A stretch of DNA of 64,000 bases from Balanoglossus misakiensis (Eukaryota; Animalia; Hemichordata), in NCBI GenBank assembly GCA_040954595.2, contig CM082588.2, forward strand, positions 1,042,613 to 1,106,612, in the 5' to 3' direction. How positions within the stretch are numbered: position 1 is the stretch's first letter; each line of letters opens with the position of its first letter. A program made the translations under genes and the position numbers. The notes below the pieces were generated by a model. The model did no database searches. It was not told the DNA's origin and saw only the letters and a list, made by a program, of their open reading frames with translations. Shown here in pieces: positions 1 to 14,364 of the stretch.

Positions 1-125
1 TACTAGTATTCGAAGTACAATGTACACAGACTTAGGTTTCTCCACACAAAAATCGCCTAGGATTATTTCTATAACTTTTTACACGTGTAAGATAACTCTT
101 TTCTGCAGTCCGTACACATATTTAC

Positions 126-3100
126 CTGTAACGTCAGAGAAAATGTTGCAGGAACACTGACGACGTCATCACAGTAGGCAAGAGTGGTGGACACGATATT
201 ACTGCCCAGAACTCTGTCGCTTTGCTGATCGCTTACTCCACGGTACAACACTCCTACTGTTACCATGGAAGCTAGAAAAATACACGATAAATAATGAAGT
301 GTTAGGCGTTGGTATATAGCATAAGACTATTAAGTTGTGGCCACCAACACAACGATAGTATTGTAAATGAAACCTTCCCAAACTTAGAGTTTTCTTCTGG
401 ATGTTACATGTACATGGTCACCCCTTGTTAGTCCGGAAACCATTTTGTATACATCATATATTGCTATATGAAATATTATTTATTTGTAATTGCGTCACTT
501 AGATGTCGTAACAAGTCAATTGACCTCCCTTTTCCATCCTTACCGTTGACATTACAATTGTCATTGATTGTTGGCATGACGATATCGATCGTGTCATCGT
601 CCCAGGCAACTTTATCACCGTCATCACCACCAAAAGACTGACTTGGAAATCTCCATTTTCTGTGAACGGTTTCCTTCTCTCGCGCTTCAATTTCCAGGTC
701 TGAAAACAATCATATATGAGGAGGTTTAATCTTAGGTTGCCCATGGTACTTCTAAAATGTTTTTAAAATTTTCATAGTTTGATTTTGCTTGTTCAATTTT
801 TAGTACGCGACCTGTCAAAGGTTACAGTAAAACATAATGTCCAGAACAAAACGCGCAAACCATTTTGATGATAAAGCGACGTGTGGAAGAAATAATCATA
901 TTGCTTACATATTGAATCCGTCGAAAGGCAAATGGTATCACCCACTTGTAGCATTGACGAAATTCGTAACATAACTTCATCGATCGCAAACGGCACGTAC
1001 GGAAATAAGTCTGGATGCTATAAATGGAAAGAAAATGTGGATTATATGAAAGTTCTATTGGACAATGTTAGTTAACACCAACTGTAAATTTCACAAAACA
1101 AATGACACATAATCATACCTCCCGCAGTATGTCTGTTGATTGCTGAACAATTATCTGCAAGTAAAAATATTAAACTTGAGTTTATCATAAGTATAAAGTT
1201 TCAACATTATTGACACTCGAAAGAATGAATATCCATGATAAAAATGGTAAAGAAATACATATACTTCATGTTTCTGTAGAGATGACTCCAATTTTCCAGT
1301 CTGGGAGTCGATAATAATGATTTTAGGGTTAAACGGGTTACGGACAGAAATGTAATACATGCATACTTACATTTATCATTTCCAATATTATCTGTAAATT
1401 ATTGGATTTGTTGACAAGTTGTACCTCCTCCAATAGGTAAAGAAATGATATCTTCATTTCTGTGTCGTTTGATAGCGACCTACTCCACCCATATTGTCTC
1501 CTGTCTATTGTCACGCGACCTGGTTCGGGCTCAGTTGGAAACCTGGACGAAGCGGTACTGTCAGTTGGTACAAGGGTTGGAATTTTATTTGTCTGGAGCA
1601 TTGCGTTTGTTGTCATGGCACGGGTCCGTGATGATGAATCGTTGGCCTCTGATGATGTTTCATTAAATCCACTAGGCGTACCGGGTGCCGTGTTTGGTGT
1701 TATCGGTTCGACACTTGTTGCTTCTGAAACAAAGCAAAAGACAGCAGCGCACCAAATTTGAGACTGTGCTTGTTTGCAGGAGTCACATTGTTTGAAAATT
1801 GTGGACCTCTTTCCCGAATGGTAACCAATTAAAGGACATATGCTTTATTTTTAATCTCATAAGGCGTATTATTAATGTAGACTCCTTCGATTTAGCGTCT
1901 ATCGCAGTTTGATGTTAATTTGTAAGTATCACAAGATAGAGTAGACACATTTTTTCTGGCAATGTGTTGCATGTTCGAGATTTAGATGTCGTCGGAAGTT
2001 TTGTCTTACCTGCTTCAACAGCCACCTTACAAATGTAAGGATTTCCCGCATCACAGTTATCGTCACGCCAAAGGTAATTTTCGGATTGTTTCAGATAAGC
2101 ACACTGTTGTCCACGAGGATAACTGCCTTCCCAGTCCCAGTTGGTCCACGTGGCTGACACATCGCTAGAATTTGGATAGGACCAATTCCACGCGCCGTTC
2201 AGGTCTAGATCAGTCAGACCAAACCAATAGTCGCTAGAACCCACCGTTGCGATAATCCTTTCTATGTACTGCTGCTCGGCAGCATCTAAAATATCTGTCA
2301 AGTAACCGCCATTTCGAAAAATGGTGTTCTCGCACATATCTCTTGCTTCTGGCTGCCGGAGTTTGTGGCTTCTTGAAAAGAAGTAACAAGCTCCGTTATC
2401 AGGATTCAGAAACATATCTTGTCCGTTGCAATCAACTGCAATAGAAGATAGTAGAGAAGCATGACAAAACATTGCCATTGAAATTTGTTCTGTTTTTGAA
2501 GGATAGTACCATTACCTCCCAGTCAGCATCGATCGTAACAGACTCCAAACAATTATAAAACGAGTCTCGCTCCTTCTTTGAGACGCCATCCCCATATCCA
2601 CATTCTATCTGACCCATCGAAGAAAATGTGAAATACTAGTGTCTATTGATCGCGAACAGATCGCGAACAAACCATCGCGCGCCCCTTTTCTGAGAAACAT
2701 TTATGAATCCATTTAGAGTTTTGAAAGTTCATCTGCTCAATCAATTTTGTTTCCGTTGGAAACCCGATGAACGCAGATGGAAACGTTACAATGAGGTAAA
2801 AACCAGAATTTCCTATTTTCGGGGTCAATGGTTCGATTCCACGTCTCTATATTTATCAAAACCACAAAGGTGTATTTGTTTCAGGGGAAATTCAAAACCA
2901 TTTTATTAGAGAATAAATCAGCGGGGTAGATATTCTTTATAAAGCATCATTTCTATAAAAAATGACCCCATTTTTGTCAGAAATTATGTGTAAGAAGATA
3001 ATTAGAAGAAAACGACGAACAGTCACTCTTTGATGAAAACAATCATCACATAAATTTGGATTTGCAATTTCTGGTTACGCGGCTGTTATTACCAGATTGG

Positions 3101-4056
3101 AAAGAGCTTAAAAGCGACTCTCGCCTGCAGTACAAAAAATCACCGATATTAGAAACTGGAATCTTTTGTGTCAAGGGCGGAAGAAATGATTAGTTACCTC
3201 CTGGATCATCGGGTGACATATTTTGTGCTATTGAATATGACGGCTATGTGATACATGGACGAGTGTAAGCCTATACGATCCGATTGTGTGATTGCTTTGC
3301 GTTTCACCACCTGGATAGTCAGTGTAGGGTTTTGCAGAACTGAATCCTATGATTTACTGTGAAGTTTGAGCACTTACGGACGACAGTATTTAGTTACATT
3401 GCGCTAGCTGTGAATGGTACCTATCGCTGCACATAGCGGTATTATTGTCTAGCCTTAACCATCTTCTTCCAATTCGTAAGAACATGTATTGGCGACCCAC
3501 CCCCGTAAACTTAGAGAGTGTTACTAAAATAAACGCCATTTCTGGCAACTTTGCCAGATATGGGCTTAGAAAGAGCCAAGCTACCAGTGATCATTGTTTG
3601 CTGTATAAAAAAAATAATGAAAGAAGTAAGCGATCTCGGCTTCGTCGTATCGAAACACGAAAGAAAAATTAACAGTTTAGGCAAAACTCATTGAAACACA
3701 CATATACTGTAGTTCAACCATAATAACATTTCTATTTAAAACTCAATCTCATTTTATCTATTCTCATTGGATTTGAAATCGTTAAATCAATCGACGTCAT
3801 TCCGTAACATTTCAGTTTCTCAATTTAATTTCAACAAAAGCAATTTAGAATGTTGATGGTCTGCGATAATTACAGATCAGACAATCAAACTGTCGATAAT
3901 GGAACGAGATAGGATTTCTATTGCTGGTTAATATTTTTCTCGAAATGATACACAGTTCATAAAAAACGACTCACCTCCCAAAGCGCAGGACCAATTTTGC
4001 AAACTTGTTGTAAGAAGAATGTACGTCAGTACCCAGGAATATATTTTGATAACCAT
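126..4056 (-). CDS. 5' part of a C-type lectin + mucin-like stalk + GAIN-like domain receptor (adhesion GPCR or PKD1-like); continues off the left edge
   Basis: Phase-compatible GT-AG exons: 4056-3975 (signal peptide MVIKIYSWVLTYILLTTSLQNWSCALG), possible micro-exon 3227-3198, 2435-2010 (C-type lectin: CYFF..A...C...GGYL..I....EQ..YWFGLTD....W.W...CAYL....WRDDNC....YIC), 1723-1371 (S/T/P-rich stalk), possible 1300-1265, 1017-909, 699-544, 271-126 (GVLYRGV...LGSNIVSTTL...VPATFSL, resembling the GAIN-B strands before a GPS). The GPS and transmembrane part are not in the window. Confidence 0.75.
2010..2435 (-). CDS. C-type lectin domain exon (phase 1-1) of the receptor gene
   Basis: 426-nt exon with canonical CTLD cysteines and a WFGL motif; flanked by a ttgcAG acceptor and a GTaaga donor. 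Confidence 0.92.
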
Positions 4057-7000
4057 CGTGTCCCTGATAAACACAAACACTGAGATAACAACGTTGACTC
4101 CTCTGTAAATATCTTCAACTTTCTACTGCTGCTCCGATGATGGGTTTAAAAGTACGACCAGTCATCCCTTGAAAACATCTTTACCATGAAAACAGCCGCT
4201 TTTGTTTCTATGGTGACCATGTAGAGAATCAGTCACATCGCCGACGCATTTAGATGGAATGTTCCATTTGGTTGGGTGGGTCACAGTGTGCCTTAATAGT
4301 ACCATCTGCTCCCTGATACACAAACTTGTGCGTGTTGAACAAAAACGTAAACGACACATAGAAGTTGTCCACCCAAGATTATACACAGCAAGAGGAAAAT
4401 CCAGAGGGTTGAATTGGTGTAACACATGACCTCTTATCTGTATATCACTGTTTCATTGTGGATAAATTTCGGCCTGTCCAAGAAGATGTGAGGAGGGTAT
4501 TGTTTGTGGTGTAAAGAGCTATTAAACACACCATGGGTCTGTGAACGGGTTTGTTTGCAACCGATTGAGATTGACAGAATTGATATTCCCCGCCAAGTCG
4601 TGAAGTACCCACATCTCCGCTTTTAAATTGATAACAGAAAAAAATGTCAATGCTTATTCACTGATCGCGCACGACTCCCTTCTATGTTGCCGTTTCTTGA
4701 TGATTTCCCCCAATTTATTCTCATCTTTTGTGCACGGGGATCTGGACAGGCGCGATTCAGCATGACTTGGCGTAGGACACAGGATAGCATAGCCAAGCAA
4801 TTGCTGTGCTTCTGAAAAGGGTGACGTCAAGTGTTTGACTTAGTGTCAAAACGCCCGCAAGCCTACAAGTCTACGAATAACCCAGAAAATTGTTGACAAA
4901 CGCGAGAAGTAATTATTTGCAATGAAGGCAAACCCTTTTAGTTTACCTGAAAGGTTTGCGTGCCGTGGCGCGCACAATTAATGTTATAGTTGGTAACAGA
5001 CAGCCTTGCAAAGGTTAGATTCTCCCTGATTAATCGAATAGTTGCGCAAACCTGATAATAAGATTTCAAAATAAAATACATAACGACATCAAACAGGATG
5101 TAGCCGTGTTTCTAGTCGACCGGGAATCTATTAAAATATCGTTATTAGATTTCAATTGAAGATTATAAGTTTATCGGGCTAAGGTTGAAATCCCATGTGA
5201 ATAAGATATTTCATAAATTCAACAGTGGATTATGTCGGATACAATATTTGTCAGATACGTTTTTTCTACTCGCCCAAGAGCGAGAGGCCTACAGTGTTGG
5301 CTGGCATGCAACCTGATTTCAATTGGCCTCAGAGGACATTTTATTTTACGTTTATTGAGCGAAGGGGTGGACTGTTTGATATACGGGAGGGCCCAGGAGC
5401 TGGAGCTGGAGAAAGAGAAGTTATTCCAAAGTTCATACCATTTCTTCAAGCCCCCTCTCCATATCGATTGGGGTCATCCCTAATTAATTTTTACTTGGTA
5501 TGTACTTAATCTAGAATCAGTTATTGATTCTCAATTCAATTCACAACCGTAGCTCTTTCTAATATGATTTTACTGTGAGGATTTCAAGCGAGAACAAAAT
5601 CATTCTTTATGTGCAACCATCTTGCGAAGATTACAAAACAATCTATTTGGTGTGTCTTCAATCCGCCGATAGTGTCTACAAAAAAGCCTCGTCTTTGGAA
5701 CCTGTGTGCATAAGTGCTGTGCAAGTTTTCATCGCCATGGAGACGGGTTTCTGTGACAACAAGGAAAAACGGTGATTGCCTGCATGGTTTCAGCCAAATA
5801 GAAATCCTGCCACAGAAAACACACAACCAATCCGTAACACTGCAAATTCGTTAATCGCATTTTCTCTCGTTTTCCATTAACTCGCCATCACACCATGCCC
5901 TATAAAACGAGAATGGGAATGAGACCCAACCGTAGATTTTAGGGCGTTGCGTAGTGAGCTCAAGCCATGGGAATAACGATGTATTCTGAACTTCCTTTAA
6001 TGCCGTATGCCCCTAATTTTTTTCTGCCTGTGCTTAAGAACAAGTGACAGCATAAGACTGTCTTCCATACGGAACATTTCGTGATTTTTAATATCAATTT
6101 GGAAAAGTGTGAACATTTTCTGTACGCCAGCCCTGTGTATGAATAGCTTTAGGTCATTGCTAGCTTGCGATATCCCTCTTCCAGATAAAAACAAATTTAA
6201 AGAAATAATGGCTGGCTGAGATTGAAAGCGCAGCACAAATCAAACCATTCCCCAAATCATAGGCGTCAAAGATGATCGCAGTGACGTTCGGTGTTGATAT
6301 CGGGCGCAGGTTAATGTATGATTCGCAGGACAATAGCATACGGCCTTGTTGAGATTACAGTCCCTACTGCTGGAGGAAATTAAAAATCGCGATATTTCCG
6401 TTTCAATCATTAAGTGATTTTTTTCCATCCCGCGTACTTCACGAAATGATTTGGAAAATGCGTTTTAAGAGTTCCAGTTTCATCCCGCCGTTAAAATGTG
6501 AATGTTGATCATTTCCACGGAAATCGGACGCGACAAGCAGTCAATCGGTTGTGAATGGTCTAAGAGAAAAATTTTCATGAGAGAAATAGAAGAGATGAAG
6601 TAAAAGAAACACACAGATTCGAAATGCCGTCAGAAATTCGATCAAGTTCGAAAATAGGCGTTATACTGTTGAAGACGACATCAATACTTGTGCCTAGTCG
6701 CCTGAATTGATTTTCTGTGGAAAATAATGGGAAATTGCGCAGCGATTCAGTCAATATCAGAAGTGCCAACTGTTCTTCGGAGATTCTACATACCTGATCA
6801 AAATCTATAAAAAGACTTTTGAATCTCCCCATCTCCTTGGTGAAACAGGCGGTCCTGCTGAATGAAGTAATAATTAAGATTTTCCAACCCGAAAGTTAAA
6901 AAAGGAACCGAACTGTGGATTCAATATTCTTATTGAAAAACTTGACAGCATCATTTTATTGTTCTGCTTTTGCAGCTCCTGTACCGTGAAATATTGTGAA

Positions 7001-8477
7001 CAATATCTTCATCAATTGACAGTCAACAGATATAGTCACAGAAATGTCTGACATACAGACTAAGTTCTATCAAAGGAAGAAGGGACAACCACAAACACAG
7101 CTTCAATCCAACAATCAGCGAAATGCAACTTAAATTCCCGACGCCGGTGACGTCATCATGACGCATCTAAAATAGATTTCCTCAAAATAACTGGCAGGTA
7201 GATTAGCCACATAGTGTACGTCGTGTTGAACTCTGAACAGACCAATGTCGAAGGGAAGACTTCTCAAGGATAAGACATTTGATTAGGTTGAAAGTGAAAC
7301 CCGTGATGGAAAAAATAACTATACTTTATTGTCGTCTGTTCTCCATTTCCTCTTATTCCCTTGATTAAACAAGTCTCGACCGTCAAAAAATAAAGTTGAA
7401 GGAAAGTCGCGTATCCTCCGGTACTGAGCGGGCATGCCCGTAAACACGATTGCTTCAAAATAAGTGTACGTCATCAACTCAGAAAACTCCCATTTTAGCA
7501 GTTATTGACGCAAAAGCGTCCTCACCCATTTCCACGTGATTTCTTTCTGTACAGTTATCATATTTATGTCAATTTTGTCATTACTTCAGGATAAATTACA
7601 CGTAAATGTGAAAATAGCTCGTATTTTCGTTTCACTTCACTTCTGATCTCAAGATTGGTTACGAATGTGTTGTTCCCATAATCATTGAAAAGTTAAGTTT
7701 ATTTGAAAACCAGGACGTTTCTTCATTTTTCTCCCTTTCTCCGGGATATGTACACGAAAGAGTGATGTCGCATCCTAAAGACCGCAGGGATGATTGACGA
7801 ATGAATCGTAGTTCCAAAATTTGGCTCCCAATCCGTTTGTCACAAACGGCAGATCACCCCCGGGACGCTGTTGAACACAAATAATTGTGCTCGTAATAAC
7901 CCTACTGCCAACATTACACGCGTGTGTCAGATAATGTCAAGCAATCGTGTGGTACTTGATTAAACGCCAACCAGTTTGCAATTACTTGACGGAAACTGTA
8001 ATCAGTATGCGCAGATGTTAGAATATTAAAACTTGGAAAGGTCGAATGCCAACTTTCTGTAATCATTTGTCGACAGACTGAGCCTGGCTTGATACTGACA
8101 GCTGTCTACCGATAGACAGTGTACGCATCAGCAGCACGACTTCGCCTTTTCTAGGACCCTTGTACTTTTTCCTTCTTGAAACTACAAAGTCGACATCTTT
8201 TAATGGCAAAAGTTCTTGCTTGACGAAGTCCTGAATAGTGATTTAATGATTCATCTGTGTGTCTGAGAAACGTACCTACGGTTTTATCAAACAGTACAGT
8301 AACCCCACATTTCTGGGAGGTTTAGTAATCAATGTAAACTCAATATACAATGTACCGCATTGCAGAAAAATCATTGTTCTCGCTATAAAAGATATTATAT
8401 ATAAGACTGATATATCTTAGAACGTATCAGGGCGCCCTCTATAGTTATAAGCAGGATGCAAACATATGAGATTAAAA

Positions 8478-9050
8478 ATGGCAGCGCGCATGATAATACA
8501 ATGTGACTGGGATGATGCTTTGAGGTAAGGATTGGTATCAGTAAAGTTTCCATCTTGTGAGTTTAGGGGTCTTCTCCACGTTTTCATGTATAAGGGGCGT
8601 GCGGGGATTTGTGGTACCTCATTTATAAGCACACTATCATGGGTAACTCGCTAGCTGCTATGCTTTGCTAAAACATGACTAGCCGTGTCCTGAAGTAAAT
8701 CGAGTGGTTACCCTGAATGACCCGGCGAGCGAGTGTCCGGCTGTGGCTGAAGTGCCGCCTCGTCCCCAACTCCGAGGCGTCACAGCCGTAGCCGGACACT
8801 TGTTTTGGACAATCTCATTCTCAGTAGGGGTGGTTTGGTCATCATGTTCTTTTAATTGTGTATTTCAGGGAGGCAGAGGGCCATGCCTGGATATCCTTCA
8901 ATAAGATTGGTAAGTATCACCATGGAGATATTGGGATAGTAGCTTAGGGGAGGGTGTGTGTGTGTGTGTAAATCCAACAGAAGTTGAGAACAGAACAAAT
9001 ATGGGCATTATGTTTCAATGACTAACAAGATTCTGTCAAGATGCTGATGC

Positions 9051-9130
<80 letters not shown>

Positions 9131-10273
9131 ATGGTGGCGATGATGGTGGCGATGATGGTGATAATGGGCTTGTTGGTTATTCTGTAGGCCACCCGAGTGT
9201 TCATGGAGAACTGAAGTCACAAGGCCTCAACTCGGACAATATTCCTGTTGTTGTGGGATCTGAAGGGTTTCAAGTTGGTGAAGTTACTGAGGTATGGTCA
9301 GGGATTTTCTTTGAATTGTCATGAAATTGTATGTTTTCTGTAACCATATTCCACCACTATGATTCAGTTCCAATCCATTCTTTCTGATTGGTTCTATAGT
9401 CACTTGCAAATTTTTACTCAAGAAGTACTGATACTGATAATGTTTGTTAATGTTTGCCATGGGTCTTCTTTTCTCAGAGGTCATTGATGGTGTCATATCC
9501 AGATGAGCCAATCACAGCCAAGTTTGTCTCCCCAAGTAAATGTTACCGTGGGTTACACCAGAAAAGCGTAAGCTACCTTAGATATTTTCACAAGTGCCAC
9601 CAATATGTCTTGAAGTCTGTCTCAGTGGATCAGAAAGAAAATAATGTAAAGTTTTTTATTTCCTTGATAGATCGTCAGTCTTGATATTTCTTCTGGAGGT
9701 GCTCTGGGAGTTTCTGCTGCAGGAGATGATGGACGTTTGTTGGTGTGGCAGACCAGTGATGGCGCAGTTCGGGTGAGTCTTCAATTTGACCAAGCTACCA
9801 CTGGTGGCGCTGTTCAGGTGCCAAATATGCTGAATCACAGTCTTTGAGGAGGACTTTGCAGACACTTAAAATTGCAGTGCTGCTCTCAGGGCAGCCAAGC
9901 ATGTACACAACATTCAATGACGTCACAAATTATTCAATAAAAGTCCCGCATATTAGTGCCCTAAAACTGCCAATGGCTGGACCCAAGCTTCTGCAGATTC
10001 CCCTGACAGAACCATCTTTGCTAGTTATTAAATAAATGAAGCCTAAAAGAATGCTCAGGTTTTGAGAGAATGGTTCATGTTTCTATCAATTTCCTTTTCT
10101 GTTGTTTTCAGAGAGAACTAAAAGGTCACGTTGGAGATGTGAATTGTTGTAGTTTCTTCCCATCTGGAATTGTTGTTGTCAGTGGAGGGTCAGATATGCA
10201 GGTGAAGATTTGGTCTGTTGAAGATGGTAGTTGTCCTGTCACTTTGAAGGGCCATACTGCAGGTGGGTCTCAT

Positions 10274-10310
<37 letters not shown>

Positions 10311-13300
10311 TACGTATTGCAGTTAAAGGTATACAGTCACCTCAAAATTACATACGCCCATATATGGCTGAAATGGCGTATTTGAGGGTTCTAAAGAACA
10401 TATGGTGGCGCTGTTTTTTTGCGTGTGCCACCCACTGAAAATCTGTGATTGGCTTGATCCCAATTTGCCATGGTTACTATTGCTAATTTTCCATAGGTGA
10501 CCGTATACCTTTAGAGCCTGCTTATCTTTTTGTATTTTTTCAGTATGATGATTTTTAAATCAAAAGCACTGTGAAGCTGTGATTATAGCTGGATATTTGT
10601 GCATTATATTCCTGCAGGTGTCACAGACACAGCCATTATCGACAGAGGTCGGAATATTGTTTCTTGTAGTCGTGATGGAACAGCCAAACTCTGGGACTGT
10701 GGAGAGTCTACCTGTCTGGCGACGGTGGTGCAATGTGACTGTTATATCAACGGATGTGATCTTGGTGTTGCTAATAATTCCGTCAATCTAGGAAGTCCAC
10801 AAAGTTCAGCCAGTAAGTTGGTGCTAGTTTGTAATTCCCACAAGATTTGCATGCTAAATATTTTTGTGATGGTCGATTTAGAAGGCCTGCTATTTGAGCT
10901 GGTATATTGTTCTTGTAGGTGAAAGAGAAATAGGTACAGAGGGGAAGATTTTATTGCTGGCAAGAGAAGATGGAACTCTTCAAGGAATAGGTTTACATAG
11001 TAGACAGTCGGTAAGATTAAAATGTAAACTTTTTTGTGTTCAGTTTCAAAAAAGACTGCTAAGCCAAACAACTAATGGGCTTTATCAACAGCAACTTAAT
11101 GTAATTTCTATTTGTAGCAAAAGATACTGAGATATTTTTGCCGTTCCTGATCTTTTTTGGCAGATATTTGAATTTTCTGGTTCAGCAGCGTTTAATTGTT
11201 GTGCAGTGTTGTCGTCGACTCATATGATTGGTGGAACACAAGATGGCAACATTTACATCCTGGACATTAGGAACCCCAGGTACTTTGAAATAATTTTTTT
11301 TTAAATTTTGTTTTGGGGGCTCTCACTGGTAAGGCTTCATGAAGAAATATTGGGACAGGGCAATGAAGAGAAAGGTGTAGAATGTTTGTGATGTAGAGGG
11401 CGCTGTTTTTTTCTTTTTTTTCAGTGTCCCCTACAAAGTAATACAAAAGTCAAGGTCGCCAGTGCTGTGCCTATCAAGTTACAACAATGGTTTTATTGCA
11501 AGCACAGGTAAGATTGACGGGTTGTTTTTCAAGGTTAGGTCAAAGGTCGCACGCTGTACGTACACGTGGAAACAGGTCAGGGTGAACATGTACAAGGATT
11601 GTTAAAGTCCCTCAAGCAGCAAGTTAGCAGTTATAATTTTACTTTTAAACTAAAAGCAGTCCATGAAAATGTACTTACTGTGGGTTTTGTGTAAAAAAGT
11701 ACACCTGGCTTAGACTAAGTTTTAAGATTAAAATAAATGGGTTGCCCATTCAAATATGGCTGCTTCTATGCAAATAGCAGAAGATGGTGGACAAGGTGCT
11801 TTTTCCTTTGAAGTCTTCTCAACCCAATCAAAACGTTCATTATAGAAGACTATGCAGAATTTGTACCAAAAGCGTTGAGTAAGCTGCTTTCTGATTGGTT
11901 CAGTGGTTCACTTCGAAAAGTTCGTCTATGGCACAGGTTCAGATGTAGAGAGGGAGAATTCAAAGAACATAATGCCACCGACCACACACAAATAAAATGC
12001 AACATAACTTTCTCTGTTGTCATCTTGAAGTATATATTGCTTGAAATTTTAAGAAAGCATTTCCGTTGCTGCTTAACTTCTTCTCAGTGGTGTGACCTAG
12101 ATAATGACATCACCAGCTTCAACTGTTGATTCAGTATGCGGAAAAAACCTTGATAAAATCCATCTACATCTGTAGGCGGTTCTTTAGATATGTTATTGAT
12201 GAGTCGACGTGTCCAGTGTAGTTTCATTCTATCAGAGTTCATGCACTGTTGCTGACACAGATTTTCTTTTGAAGTTCATGACGTCAGTTTGTGATTCAGT
12301 ATTTATGACACTGATGTGGATTTGAAATGTTTGCTGAAAGTGAAACCAAGAGAAATGATGATCTGTTACCATTGAGATGTCTACATCTAGGTTAAAGTGA
12401 CATTGTTGGAATTCATTAACTGTTGTATTTTATAATAATGATCCAAAGTTCGTGTGTTAACTTTTGCCCCTGGGTGTAACTGGCTGCATATTTTATACAT
12501 GATTACACACATGACCAGTTTGAATAATCAGTCTGTCTTTATTTCTTTTCACTTCTTGTTCTTGGAAGTTTTTAGACTTGATTTGTGCAGAAAAATATTG
12601 TCTTTCACTCCTGTGGTCTCTCTCTCTGTGGACTATGTGCACTACTGCTTGAAATGCTTGGATTTCCATGGTAACTGCGGCACCCATATCCACTAACATT
12701 CAATTTTAGTCCATCTTTGGGATGAAGTCTGGTTTCACAGTACTTTTAAGTTCATTCTGAATGTTTACACTCGACTGCAACACCATGTAGGATATAATGA
12801 TGACATTCACACAAAAACTGTGGTTTTTTTTTACTCAACATCAGAAGTTACACGCTTTGTTTCGTGAACCTCTACACGTAGACCCAGTTCAGTTCAGGTG
12901 AAACTCTCATAATCAGATGCATCTATGTCAATGACAACACTATCGTCATTCGAGACATGCCCCACTGCATTGTGGGATATGGTTACAGGGTCACCTAAGG
13001 TCAAGGCATTTGTCTTATAGGTTGCAGAGACATCATTGGTTGGGTGTACATAGATTCATTATAAATCAGCCGTGTACTCTTCCGTTTTCAAGGTTGTCAG
13101 ACCGAACCATTTGATATCAGGGGTGTGCTGCACAGCAGACACCCTGCGAAAATGTCTTCCTGTTATTCCAAAAAAGAGAGACTATAAAATATGATATTAA
13201 TAGCTATTAATCAATTATTAATTATGTCGCAAATGCTGGTCGTAGCCGACTTAAGATTAAACCCAAAATAAAAAGCTGCATGAGTCTATTGACTCTTGTT

Positions 13301-14275
13301 GTTCCTTTACTGCAACAATGGTTGATAGGTGCTGCAGCAGTGTTGCAGTGCATTGCTGTTGCTGAATTTGTGATTCTGTTCTGTTCTAAATGCAAGTTGG
13401 AGGGGATTGCTGAATATGCTATTCTATCACTTGAGAAGTGTCATTAACTTTTGCTGTTTTCCAACTGCAACATAGTTGCTTTAATTTGCCCACAGACCAT
13501 CAAGAAGACCTGTCTGTGCTGCAACATTGCTGTCTGTCATGAAACTTTAAATACTGTGGTGCTGTCATAGCTGCTGCATTTCTGGGTATGCAACTCTTCT
13601 GCCTGTATTAAATTTTCACTTGGTTCGGCCATTGTAGGAAGGATGAATGACTTCATAGGCAATTTTCTTGTTCTAGAAGTTTCAGTTTGTTGAGTTAAAA
13701 GTACTCAGTGATGTACAAGCTATAAAAGTACGGTCTATTACGTGCTGTAGAAGACAAGGTGTCAAAAATGCACTAATCCTGACATGATTTATATGAAGAC
13801 GACCACAGTTAAGGGGTTATGGTTAACCGCAACCCCTTTATAGTGTTATTTAGTATTAAGAAACTGTTAATGGTTGGTCATGTCATACTCAGATGTTTCT
13901 ATAAACCTCAATGGCTTACAAGTAGCTGTGTTTAATGTTGCTGATGCGTGTCATCAATAAAACATGTCAGTTGTAATTTGATATTAATATTAGTCAAGTT
14001 CACATTCATGGAATTTAGAAAAAAATGTTTTGGTACAGAAATTTTGTGGAAAGGTTTGGATTCCATGGTGCTTTGTGAGTGTCCTAGATTCAGGGCACTG
14101 TGGGACAGCTGTTCATATGTTTCAGCATATGCCATTGAACTGTGTACATAATGTCTTCTGTAGTCTGAGATCTGATAAACAGACTGGTCGACCAGTGGTG
14201 TGAACTAAAGCCTAGCCATCACTTTTGTCATAATTCATCTTTAGTATTGTGTTACCCTGATCTCAAACTCAGCAT

Positions 14276-14364
<89 letters not shown>

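Noticed and set aside
5200-8300. Several 60-95 aa ORFs between the lectin receptor and PAAF1
   Set aside because: No recognisable domain or consistent exon chain; treated as intergenic or decayed repeat.
9008-9220. Poly-His/Gln and poly-Ile ORFs
   Set aside because: Translations of an intronic trinucleotide microsatellite.
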